NCBI RefSeq assembly: GCF_000020385.1
Contig: NC_010814.1
Location: forward strand, 1,110,001-1,142,000
Origin: Trichlorobacter lovleyi SZ
GTDB taxonomy: Bacteria; Desulfobacterota; Desulfuromonadia; Geobacterales; Pseudopelobacteraceae
DNA length: 32,000 bases
Direction: 5' to 3'
In this document: positions 17,407 through 25,861 of the stretch, in pieces
Numbering within the stretch: the stretch's first letter is position 1
Layout of the letters: every line of letters starts with the position of its first letter
Made by a program: the position numbers and the translations under genes
Notes under the pieces: model-generated
Seen by the model: the letters and a program-made list of their open reading frames with translations, nothing else
The model's database searches: none
Told to the model about the DNA's origin: nothing

Positions 17407-18915
17407 TTACTGTAGCGGGGTTAGGGTTTCCAGTGCGGTGCCCTTAGCCCAGGTGCCGACAAGGCGACCGTCGTTTTCAAGGTGGTAAATAACCGGTGAT
17501 GAGTCACCCCATTCAACGGTGAGGGTCTTGTCTGCCAACGTGCCGCTCCCTGAGTAGGTTGAACTGCTGATCTTCCAGACCAGGAAGTAGGTGTCACCGT
17601 TTTTTGAAATGACAACGCTACCACTGTAACTGGAGCCGTTCGGGTTTTTGCCCTGGACATGGTAATTGCCGGTACGCACCATCGTTTGATTGGCTAACAG
17701 CTCTTTCTTGCGGGCCTCTTCCTGCTCCTGGGCAATCTTTGCCGTCCGTTCCGCTTCGATTCTTTTTTTCTGTTCGGCCGTTACCACACGGCCAACTTCG
17801 AGATACAGACCCTTCTGTGCCAGAAAGGCTGTGATGTCATACTGCGGCACCCTGTTTGCCTCGGGATATTTTTGGGATAGGGCCTTCCAGGCAACCTGTC
17901 TCAGCTCACTGCCTTTGGACGACGTGACTATTTTTTCATATTTAGCGAGATCGGCAGTAATCCGCTCCAGGTCCTCGCGTTTTGCTCGTTCTTCAGCCTT
18001 GGCGCGGGCGATGAGCTCATCCAGGTCCTCTGCCTCTTTGGAAGGGGGGGAGGGCTGGTTGATAGCCTGTGCCGACTGCTGGCTGCTGCTGGCCGAAGAG
18101 GCCGTACGGATGAAGCGGAAGTCACCCACCAGTGATGACGACTCCCAAGGGACCTGAATGCTGTTGGTCTTGTCCAAAACCAGCTTGCGAACCCGTTTAA
18201 AGACCTCCTCAACCTTCAGGTCTGGGCTTTCCATTGCCTGGATGAGCGCCTCGGTATAGGCTCCGTTCTTTCCTTTGCCGTCGCTGGCCGTTTTGCCTGG
18301 TGAGGTTGCATAGGCGATGATCGTGCCGGTTGGTGCGTCAATCTGGGCCAGACCCTTGCTGGCAGAGCGGAAACTTCGGGCAAAAGGGTTGTCACGACAT
18401 GCATCGAGAACCACGATATTGACGTCGCTCTTGGCGCTTTCCATCTTGGCCAGGATCAATCCGGCATCTATGGCCTTGTAGCGCACCTCGTTTTCGGTAC
18501 GAATCGTTGCATCGACAGGAATGAGATAGTTGGCGCCCTGTACCTGCATGCCGTGTCCCGCATAGTAGAAGAGCCCGATACCGCCGGGTTTCAGTTTGTT
18601 GCCGAAGGCCTCGATCGCTTCATTGAAGGGCATGTAGCCGAGATTGATCTGTTCATCCACCTCGAATCCGAGCCTGCGCAGCGTTGCAGCCATGGCGCGT
18701 GCGTCATTAACCGGGTTTTTAAGGGGGCTTGAGGCATACTGGCTGTTGCCGACCACCAGGGCGATGCGTTTGCGACTGTCACGTGGGGTTTCGATTCGTG
18801 AAAGTCCACGATCAGCTGGTTCGATTGATTTTTTAGAGGAACCGGCGAGTTCTGATGCCTGGACAAGAACAGGAATCAGGCTGACGGCAATGACAGTAAG
18901 TAATCGGCGGAGCAT
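17407..18915 (-). CDS. Secreted caspase-family (peptidase C14) protein with a coiled-coil linker and an uncharacterised C-terminal beta-rich domain
   Basis: It has a signal peptide (MLRRLLTVIAVSLIPVLVQASE). The caspase domain keeps an intact His/Cys dyad context (YYAGHGMQ and VVLDACRDNPF). A Ser-rich linker, an E/K/A-rich region and a ~90-aa Gly/Ser/Tyr/Trp-rich C-terminal domain follow. Confidence 0.85.
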   Translation of the reverse strand: MLRRLLTVIAVSLIPVLVQASELAGSSKKSIEPADRGLSRIETPRDSRKRIALVVGNSQYASSPLKNPVNDARAMAATLRRLGFEVDEQINLGYMPFNEAIEAFGNKLKPGGIGLFYYAGHGMQVQGANYLIPVDATIRTENEVRYKAIDAGLILAKMESAKSDVNIVVLDACRDNPFARSFRSASKGLAQIDAPTGTIIAYATSPGKTASDGKGKNGAYTEALIQAMESPDLKVEEVFKRVRKLVLDKTNSIQVPWESSSLVGDFRFIRTASSASSSQQSAQAINQPSPPSKEAEDLDELIARAKAEERAKREDLERITADLAKYEKIVTSSKGSELRQVAWKALSQKYPEANRVPQYDITAFLAQKGLYLEVGRVVTAEQKKRIEAERTAKIAQEQEEARKKELLANQTMVRTGNYHVQGKNPNGSSYSGSVVISKNGDTYFLVWKISSSTYSGSGTLADKTLTVEWGDSSPVIYHLENDGRLVGTWAKGTALETLTPLQ

Positions 18916-18949
18916 GGCCTCCCCCTTTTATGGATGGTCACTAGTGTTT

Positions 18950-18978
18950 TTTATACCCCTGTACTGCACAAAAAGCAA
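18950..18978 (-). promoter_or_regulatory. Candidate sigma-70 promoter of the caspase-like gene
   Basis: The minus strand reads TTGCTT-N17-TATAAA, about 35 nt upstream of the ATG and immediately after the mipA-family terminator. Confidence 0.35.
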
Positions 18979-19013
18979 AACTGCCTTTTTCCGTATGAGA
19001 AAAAGGCAGTTTT
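18977..19013 (-). terminator. Rho-independent terminator downstream of the MipA-family gene
   Basis: A perfect 14-bp stem (AAAACTGCCTTTTT / AAAAAGGCAGTTTT) with a 9-nt loop is followed on the minus strand by GCTTTTTGTG. Confidence 0.75.
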
Positions 19014-19109
19014 GGAATCTGGTGTACCAGTCAGAATGAATCCGATAACTGGGATGTTGCTCTTGAAATACATTGTTTTTATCGTTGTCTGAGGTGCTAT
19101 CCACATCAT

Positions 19110-19958
19110 TCAGAAATGATATCCCACCAGCGTGACGATCCTGACGTTAATGTTTGTTGCACTTATAGGGCTGGATGCGGCGTCGCTTAGCAATATTTTG
19201 ACCCGGCCATCGCCTGTTACGAACCAATTTTTAGTAATTGAATATGTTACATTGAGCCCAATGCTGGCATCCTTCATGCTGGCTTTAGCCTTGTAGGTTG
19301 AAAACTGCGACCGTGCCGCCTGTTCTGGGGTAATGCCGAAGTAATCCTGCATATACTGATTGTTGGCCCAGGTCGTGCTGATCTTTGGTGTCAGCCGCCA
19401 GTCTTGACCGAGTTGAAAAGGCATGGCAAGACCGCCCTGAACAAGCACACCGTCGTTAGAGCTGCCGAGCAATTTAGTGACCGAGGCATCGAGTACGATC
19501 AGAGGAATTTGTTGCAAAGAATACAGGTCATAAGAAGCAAATGCCTTGAGCCCCATAGCCGCCTTGATATCGCCTAATCCTTCCAGACGGTGATCGCCCG
19601 ATGACATCCCGAATATGTTTTTGCCGTTATCCTTGCGGCCCGGATCATAGGTCAGTCCCACACCATAGCGGAACGCCCCGGTCTTGTGATAGAATGAAAG
19701 GCCTTCAATCCCAAGCGATACGGTGTCGCGCCAACTGATGGCGACCACAGGTATCGGAGCGGCCAGATAATGTGTGCTTCCCTCATAGACAGGGGCAGCA
19801 GCGAGGCCGAGACCAAGCGAGATATCCCAGTTGTTTTTGCCTTCTTCTTTGTAGTCATCCGCCTGGGTCATCGCCGGAACGGAAAATGAAACCACGAGTG
19901 CAACCACTGATGTTATGAGCAGATTCGATCTGACGTTGGCTGTTTTTTTAAAAAACAT
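19110..19958 (-). CDS. MipA/OmpV family outer-membrane protein
   Basis: It has a signal peptide and alternating beta-strand pattern, resembles E. coli MipA (YFGITPEQAARS..., LSDAASSPI) and ends in a C-terminal Phe. An AAGGAG RBS sits 6 nt upstream. Confidence 0.85.
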   Translation of the reverse strand: MFFKKTANVRSNLLITSVVALVVSFSVPAMTQADDYKEEGKNNWDISLGLGLAAAPVYEGSTHYLAAPIPVVAISWRDTVSLGIEGLSFYHKTGAFRYGVGLTYDPGRKDNGKNIFGMSSGDHRLEGLGDIKAAMGLKAFASYDLYSLQQIPLIVLDASVTKLLGSSNDGVLVQGGLAMPFQLGQDWRLTPKISTTWANNQYMQDYFGITPEQAARSQFSTYKAKASMKDASIGLNVTYSITKNWFVTGDGRVKILLSDAASSPISATNINVRIVTLVGYHF

Positions 19959-20227
19959 GGTGCTCTCCTTTTGGGTTGATATTGCATTTTGGGATTCACG
20001 GTTTCGGTGTATTGCTGCTTCGGCTCACGGCAGGAACAGCCGGTCAGCTATAGGCGATTTTCGTATGCACGAAAGAGTCTCGTGGGTGCAATGTTCATCA
20101 GCCTAGACGGATGGTGTGTATAAGGTATGTCTGTTTTAGTACGGTGTGGATACTTTGTGTCTGGCTTGACATAACTTGCCGATATTCAGACATATCAGTG
20201 TGGATTTATGATGGTAGGCTTGGAGGT

Positions 20228-20956
20228 ATGACCGAGATGCCGCAGCTTTTGATTGTTGATGACGATGAGGAAATCCTGTCGTTGCTCACCAAGTTTTTCA
20301 GCCAACACCACCATTCCGTCACGGTCGCCGTTGACGGGACGGAGATGTTCACGGCTTTGGAAAAAAATTCCTTTGATCTCATCATTCTGGACGTCATGTT
20401 GAAGGGAGAAGATGGATTCAGCTTGTGCCGACGTTTGCGTATGGTCTCTAAAATTCCCGTTATTATTTTGACGGCGATGGGTGACCTGACTGACCGTATT
20501 GTCGGGCTGGAAATCGGGGCAGATGACTATCTGACCAAGCCATTCAATGCCCGTGAACTTCTCGCCCGTGTCAAGGCCGTGCTGCGCCGGACATCGGAAG
20601 CACAAGCCAGCCCTGAACCAGTCTCGACTGCAACACGGCCCGTGTTTTCCTTCGGAGCATGGCGGTTGGATGTCGCCAAACGCGAGTTGCGATCAGACAC
20701 GAATGTCTTTATCCCCCTTTCCGGCGGTGAGTTTGACCTGTTGCTTGCCTTTGTCGAACACCCGCAACGCGTGCTTAGCCGCGAACAGCTCCTTGATTGG
20801 ACGGGTGGCATCAACCATGATGCATACGATCGAAGCATCGACACGCAAGTAAGCCGGTTGCGTCGCAAGCTGGAAACAGATGCAAAAACGCCGGAGCTTA
20901 TTCGAACCGTTCGCAATGGCGGCTACATATTGACTACAACGGTGCGGCGCGGATGA
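20228..20956 (+). CDS. OmpR/PhoB-family response regulator
   Basis: The receiver domain is marked by LLIVDDDEEI and DLIILDVMLKGEDG, and the winged-helix output by LSGGEFDLLLAFVEHPQRVLSREQLL and RTVRNGGYIL. The upstream 39 codons of track ORF 20111 look spurious. ATG 20237 is an alternative start. Confidence 0.9.
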   Translation: MTEMPQLLIVDDDEEILSLLTKFFSQHHHSVTVAVDGTEMFTALEKNSFDLIILDVMLKGEDGFSLCRRLRMVSKIPVIILTAMGDLTDRIVGLEIGADDYLTKPFNARELLARVKAVLRRTSEAQASPEPVSTATRPVFSFGAWRLDVAKRELRSDTNVFIPLSGGEFDLLLAFVEHPQRVLSREQLLDWTGGINHDAYDRSIDTQVSRLRRKLETDAKTPELIRTVRNGGYILTTTVRRG

Positions 20957-22314
20957 GCCGCATACAGTGGCCTCGCGATACCATTGCACGGAGATTCGCC
21001 CTTACCATCGTGCTGGCGTCACTGACTACGATAGGGCTCAACCAGATATATCTAAACGTTGAAGGCGTTTTGGGATTACCCCCCATAGGGAAGCCGGAGC
21101 TTCTTGACCAAGCCCACATAATTGCAAAACTTATAGAGGCCGCGCCGCCGCAGGCACGGCCCCGTTTGGCGGCATCTACCGGGATCAGGGATTTTCAGGT
21201 CAATTGGTATGCAGACCGGTCCCAGGTTGTGCTTTTGTCTGAAAACACTAAAGACGTTGTCTTTTCCCCGGAAACTATCCAGCGATTCCGCGGGGAGACC
21301 AATTGGAATGTTGCGATTTTTGAGTCCGAAAACAACAGCATAGCGTCTTCAAAAGACCGGCACGCCTTTACCAAGCCGGAAAAGATCTTCATGACTGTAC
21401 AACTCCACGACAACAGTTGGGTCGTTTTTTCGGCCACCCGGCAGGATTGGGGGATGGCACGTGCCAAACGCATCGGTATTGTATTGGCTCTTCTGATACT
21501 TTCTGTTGTTGCAATTTCCCTTGTCGCGGCGCGTCAGCTGGCAAAGCCGATTGAACAATTTTCCGAAGCTGTGCGACGGTTCGGCGTCAATACCCGAGCA
21601 CCGCAGATGAGTGAGACCGGCCCGCAGGAATTGCGTGTCGCCATTAAAGCCTTCAACGCAATGCAAACCCGGATACAGAAGTTTGTCTCAGACCGCACTT
21701 CAATGTTGATGGCCATTTCCCACGACTTACGAACACCGCTCACCCGCATGCGGTTGCGAGGGGAGTTTATTGAAGACACGGAACAACAAACCAAACTGTT
21801 TCGTGATGTTGATGAGATGCACGCCATGATCGACGCGGTTTTGAATTTTTTCCGTGACGATACCGAAACCGAGCAGACGACGCAGTTTGATTTATCGGAA
21901 CTGCTGCGTACCATACGGGACGATTATACCGACCAGGGAATAAATATCCCCTACTACGGCCCGGAACATCAGGTGTATTCGGGGAGGCCCATGGGCTTGA
22001 AGCGCGCCTTCAGCAATTTGATCGATAACACCGTGAAATACGGTACGCAGCCAGAAATCGAAGTCGCCTGCCTTGAAAAAGCAATCTCCGTCACTATCAG
22101 GGATCGTGGCCCCGGCATTCCTTCGGCATCCCTCCAACAAGTATTCACGCCGTTTTACCGGCTGGAAGGTTCACGCGGCCGGAAAACCGGTGGTGTCGGC
22201 TTGGGATTAACCGTTGTTCGGACAATCATTCACAGCCACGGCGGAGATGTTGTGTTAAGGAACAGGGATGATGGCGGGCTGGAAGCGATCATTACACTTC
22301 CTTCCTCAAGTTAG
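20953..22314 (+). CDS. EnvZ-like sensor histidine kinase (two TM segments, ~140-aa periplasmic loop, HAMP, HisKA, HATPase_c)
   Basis: It has the H-box AISHDLRTPLTRMRL, N-box NLIDNTVKYG and G-boxes DRGPGI and GGVGLGL. The start overlaps the regulator's stop (ATGA). Confidence 0.9.
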   Translation: MSRIQWPRDTIARRFALTIVLASLTTIGLNQIYLNVEGVLGLPPIGKPELLDQAHIIAKLIEAAPPQARPRLAASTGIRDFQVNWYADRSQVVLLSENTKDVVFSPETIQRFRGETNWNVAIFESENNSIASSKDRHAFTKPEKIFMTVQLHDNSWVVFSATRQDWGMARAKRIGIVLALLILSVVAISLVAARQLAKPIEQFSEAVRRFGVNTRAPQMSETGPQELRVAIKAFNAMQTRIQKFVSDRTSMLMAISHDLRTPLTRMRLRGEFIEDTEQQTKLFRDVDEMHAMIDAVLNFFRDDTETEQTTQFDLSELLRTIRDDYTDQGINIPYYGPEHQVYSGRPMGLKRAFSNLIDNTVKYGTQPEIEVACLEKAISVTIRDRGPGIPSASLQQVFTPFYRLEGSRGRKTGGVGLGLTVVRTIIHSHGGDVVLRNRDDGGLEAIITLPSSS

Positions 22315-22469
22315 GTTCAACTGGCTCATAAATCAAAGCACTTCACCCCCAGCCTTCTCGTACGACTTCTGAGTGTGCCGGGATTGCCCCGAGTAGTTCT
22401 GCTGAGATGCTACTTTGCGTTCCAGGCAACCTTTCAATATGATTGCTATTACTAATGGCAAATACCAAC

Positions 22470-22502
22470 AAAAAAAGGCCACTTCCGGTAAAGAAAGTGA
22501 CC
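22470..22502 (-). terminator. Rho-independent terminator following tRNA-Arg; weaker in the plus direction after the kinase gene
   Basis: The minus strand reads AAGGTCACTTTC-TTTACC-GGAAGTGGCCTT (12-bp stem including G-U pairs) running into a T7 tract. Confidence 0.75.
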
Positions 22503-22513
22503 TTCTTGATATT

Positions 22514-22590
<77 letters not shown>

Positions 22591-22606
22591 AGGGGTTTTT
22601 CTTTTA

Positions 22607-23122
22607 TCAGAATTGCATCAGAGAGTAAACCTTTCCTTCAGGCAGTTTCTTGCGGCCGTCCAGGAAGGTCAGTTCAGTCATGAAGCAGCACTCCACGATC
22701 TCGCCCTGCATGTTGGTGACCATATCCACCACGGCTGCCATGGTGCCGCCGGTTGCCAGCAGGTCGTCGGCTATCAGAATCTTTTCACCCGGTTTAATGG
22801 CGTCTTTGTGGATTTCAAGGGTGTCGGTACCATATTCCAGGTCGTAGGTCTTGCTGAAGGTTTCAGAAGGCAGTTTGCCCGGTTTACGGACCAGTACGAC
22901 CCCGGCACCCAGGCGGTACGCCAAGGCTGCGCCAATCAGGAATCCCCGCGCCTCAACACCCACCACCTTGTCGATCCTTTGGCCGATGTAGCGATTGGCG
23001 ATCATGTCAATCATCCGGGTAAAGGACTTCGCATCTTGCAACAGGGTGGTGATGTCTTTGAAAATGATCCCCTTTTTGGGGAAATCAGGGATGTCGCGAA
23101 TGGTAAGTTTAAGATCTTCCAT
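22607..23122 (-). CDS. apt: Adenine phosphoribosyltransferase
   Basis: It shows [21 protein letters not shown] and the PRPP loop [13 protein letters not shown], and is 171 aa. Confidence 0.93.
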   Translation of the reverse strand: MEDLKLTIRDIPDFPKKGIIFKDITTLLQDAKSFTRMIDMIANRYIGQRIDKVVGVEARGFLIGAALAYRLGAGVVLVRKPGKLPSETFSKTYDLEYGTDTLEIHKDAIKPGEKILIADDLLATGGTMAAVVDMVTNMQGEIVECCFMTELTFLDGRKKLPEGKVYSLMQF

Positions 23123-23141
23123 GGGAGTAATCTCCTTGTTT

Positions 23142-24104
23142 CTATTTCGATGATTTGGCCAGGGCCTTTAGTTTTTCGAGTGATTTTGCCTCGATCTGGC
23201 GAATCCTTTCACGGGTAACGCCGAAACTCTGGCCGATGGTGTCCAGAGTCTGGGGGTCCCGGTCATCAAGGCCAAAGCGGAGCCCCAGAATGGTGCGTTC
23301 GTTCTCGCTCAGCTGATCAAAATGCTCGGCTATCAGCTCATAGCGATCAATGTTTTCAAGCAGATCGGCGGGTGAAACCGCATTGGTGTCTTCGATGGTG
23401 TCCACCAGGAAAAAGTCGTTGCCCTCACCAATCGGCACATCCATGGAACAGGTCCGCCGCAGCAGGATCATCAGTTTGCGGATATGCAGCGGCTTGATCT
23501 GCATGGCATCCGCCAGTTCCTGAACAGACGGTTCTCTGTGCAGCTCCTGCGAAAGCTGGCGCGATACCTTAAGCATGCGACTTATATCGTCAGAGACATG
23601 GACCGGAAGCCTGATAGTTCTAGACTGATTTACCAGGGCGCGTTCGATTGATTGACGGATCCACCAGGTTGCGTAGGTTGAAAAGCGGCATTCCTTTTCT
23701 AGGGAGAACCGTTCGACCGCCTTCATCAGGCCCAGGTTGCCTTCTTCAATCAGGTCAAGGAACGGCAGACCGCGATTCAGGTAGCGCTTGGCAATCTTGA
23801 CCACCAGCCGCAGGTTGGCCTCAATCATCTGGTTGCGGGCCGCTTTGTCTCCCTGTTCAACCCGACGGGCCAGTTCCTTCTCGGCTTCTGCGTTCAACAA
23901 GGGGGTACGCTGGATATCCCGCAGGTAGATCTTGACCGGATCATCAAGGGGAATCTGTTCCACCAGGGCCGGCAGGTCGTCAACTTCAAGTGTGGTGTCT
24001 TCTTCCGCTTCAATGGCGGCAACAAAGTCAACCGGCGGTTCCTGTTCGTCATCCAGACCTGGTGCATCCAGAAACGGCTCCTGGCGGGGCGTGTCAAGCG
24101 ACAT
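23142..24104 (-). CDS. rpoS: Group-2 RNA polymerase sigma factor, RpoS-like
   Basis: It has an acidic N-terminus and sigma-70 regions 1.2-4.2 ([59 protein letters not shown]). At 320 aa it is RpoS-sized rather than RpoD-sized, and it sits in the classical surE-pcm-rpoS context. Confidence 0.8.
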   Translation of the reverse strand: MSLDTPRQEPFLDAPGLDDEQEPPVDFVAAIEAEEDTTLEVDDLPALVEQIPLDDPVKIYLRDIQRTPLLNAEAEKELARRVEQGDKAARNQMIEANLRLVVKIAKRYLNRGLPFLDLIEEGNLGLMKAVERFSLEKECRFSTYATWWIRQSIERALVNQSRTIRLPVHVSDDISRMLKVSRQLSQELHREPSVQELADAMQIKPLHIRKLMILLRRTCSMDVPIGEGNDFFLVDTIEDTNAVSPADLLENIDRYELIAEHFDQLSENERTILGLRFGLDDRDPQTLDTIGQSFGVTRERIRQIEAKSLEKLKALAKSSK

Positions 24105-24113
24105 GAAACCTCC

Positions 24114-24767
24114 TCAACTGTTGAGCTGCCAGCCCTGTTGGCCAATCAACGGGACAAAGCGGCAGCCGATACCGGTTTCCTGGGTCAGGGTTCCGTCGGC
24201 TGCCTTGCGAATCCGAAGCAGGGTCTGGTTCGATTCGTCACCGACCGGTATGACCAGCCGGCCTCCCGGCGCCAGTTGGGCCGCCAGGGTTTCCGGAACT
24301 GCGGGGGCACCGGCAGTGACCAGAATGGCGTCAAAGGGGCCCTCCTCCGGCCACCCAAGGGTGCCGTCACCCACTTTGATGTTGACGTTCAGCAGGTGCA
24401 GCGTGTCAAGCACCTTGCGGGCCTGCATGGCCAGGGGGCGGATCCGCTCAATGGTCCAGACCCGCCTGACCAGGCTTGCCAGGATGGCAGTCTGATAGCC
24501 GGAACCGGTACCGATCTCAAGTACATGATCATTTCCGGTCAGCTCCAGCAGATCGGTCATCAGTGCGACAATGTAGGGTTGTGAAATGGTTTGCTTTTCG
24601 CCGATCGGCAACGGGCCGTCACTGTAGGCCTGAACCGCCATGGCTTCCTGCACGAACAGGTGGCGGGGAACCTTCTGAAAGACTTCAAGCAGACGAGGGG
24701 TGGTAATGCCGCGGCCAACGATCTGTTCCTGCACCATTCGTTTGCGGGCGATGTCAAAATTTACCAA
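24114..24767 (-). CDS. pcm: Protein-L-isoaspartate O-methyltransferase
   Basis: It shows [16 protein letters not shown] and the SAM motif [17 protein letters not shown] start with a GGGGAG RBS 6 nt upstream fits best; ATG 24737 is the alternative. Confidence 0.9.
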   Translation of the reverse strand: MVNFDIARKRMVQEQIVGRGITTPRLLEVFQKVPRHLFVQEAMAVQAYSDGPLPIGEKQTISQPYIVALMTDLLELTGNDHVLEIGTGSGYQTAILASLVRRVWTIERIRPLAMQARKVLDTLHLLNVNIKVGDGTLGWPEEGPFDAILVTAGAPAVPETLAAQLAPGGRLVIPVGDESNQTLLRIRKAADGTLTQETGIGCRFVPLIGQQGWQLNS

Positions 24768-24831
24768 AACAGGCTCCCCGGCGGAAGATAATCGGCGGCA
24801 CGATACCAGAGTAGCCCGCGTATGTCCAGCA

Positions 24832-25578
24832 TCAGGCGAGTTGCCATTGCTTCAGGGCCTCCAGAGCCCGGTGATTGGTAAGGTCCAGATGCAGCGGGGT
24901 GAGGGAGGGGTGTCCCTTGCCAACGGCGTTGTAGTCGGTCCCTTCGTCATCTATAAAGCTGGGTTCTTCGCTGCCGATCCAGTAATATTTGCGGCCTCGA
25001 GGGTCGATCTTGTCCACGATCTTGCCCACAAAGGAACGTTTGCCCTGGCGGGTGATCAGCGGAGTCTTGATCTCTGCAAAAGGCAGGTTGGGGATATTCA
25101 GGTTGAGAAAGGTGTCGGCCGGTAGTCCCTGCCGGATCATTGCACGGCAGACCTGCAGCGCTATTTTGGCGGCATCGGGGAAATATTCGGTGGCGCCGTA
25201 GGTAGCCAGCGACACCGCCAGTGACGGTATGCCCATCAGGTTGGCTTCCATGGCTGCTGCCACGGTGCCGGAGTAGGTCACGTCATCCCCCATATTGCTG
25301 CCATGATTGATGCCGGAGACCACCAGGTCTGGCGGGGAAGGAAGCAGGCTGTGCAGGCCCATGTTGACACAGTCGGTGGGGGTGCCGTCCACGGCAAACC
25401 AGCCTTGACGCAACTCAAAGACCCGCAGGGGAGCGTGCAGGGTCAGGGAATGCCCGGTAGCACTGCGCTCGCGGTCCGGCGCCACCACCGTAACATCGCC
25501 CAGTTCTGCCAGTGCGTCAGCCAGGGCCTTGATGCCTGGTGCTCCGATGCCATCATCGTTGGTGACCATAATCTGCAT
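24832..25578 (-). CDS. surE: 5'/3'-nucleotidase SurE
   Basis: [16 protein letters not shown] matches the SurE N-terminal DDG motif, followed by [24 protein letters not shown] chose the start by N-terminal homology; the track ORF begins 5 codons earlier at 25593. Confidence 0.9.
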   Translation of the reverse strand: MQIMVTNDDGIGAPGIKALADALAELGDVTVVAPDRERSATGHSLTLHAPLRVFELRQGWFAVDGTPTDCVNMGLHSLLPSPPDLVVSGINHGSNMGDDVTYSGTVAAAMEANLMGIPSLAVSLATYGATEYFPDAAKIALQVCRAMIRQGLPADTFLNLNIPNLPFAEIKTPLITRQGKRSFVGKIVDKIDPRGRKYYWIGSEEPSFIDDEGTDYNAVGKGHPSLTPLHLDLTNHRALEALKQWQLA

Positions 25579-25786
25579 TGCTGTACCGTCCATGGTGCTT
25601 ATTCCAATTCCATTTCAAGGCGCTATCTTCGTTGGCTCGTCATTGGCTCCTCAACGTACTGCGTGTACGCCTGCGTCGCCAATCTCCTCGCCGTCTTGCT
25701 ATCATCCTTGGAATTACAGGATTGATGAGGCCCGTTTATGGCAGAAAAAACCCATGAAATCAAGGGTTCTGCTGGCGCTTTTTAGG

Positions 25787-25815
25787 TTTACAAACGCATT
25801 CCAAGCAGGTAGATT
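25787..25815 (+). promoter_or_regulatory. Candidate sigma-70 promoter for the quinone oxidoreductase gene
   Basis: The sequence reads TTTACA-N17-TAGATT, 47 nt upstream of ATG 25862. Confidence 0.35.
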
Positions 25816-25861
25816 AGCCCCTCGCATTTTTCAAACACTATCTCATTTGGGAGGGGTTCCT

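Noticed and set aside
22387-22393. CCCCGAG, shared with the tRNA-Arg 3' region, considered as a possible att-site remnant.
   Set aside because: Only a 7-mer plus scattered matches are shared. It lies next to the tRNA rather than at the distal end of the low-GC block, and I found no copy of the tRNA 3' end at candidate distal boundaries (15.8-19.1 kb).
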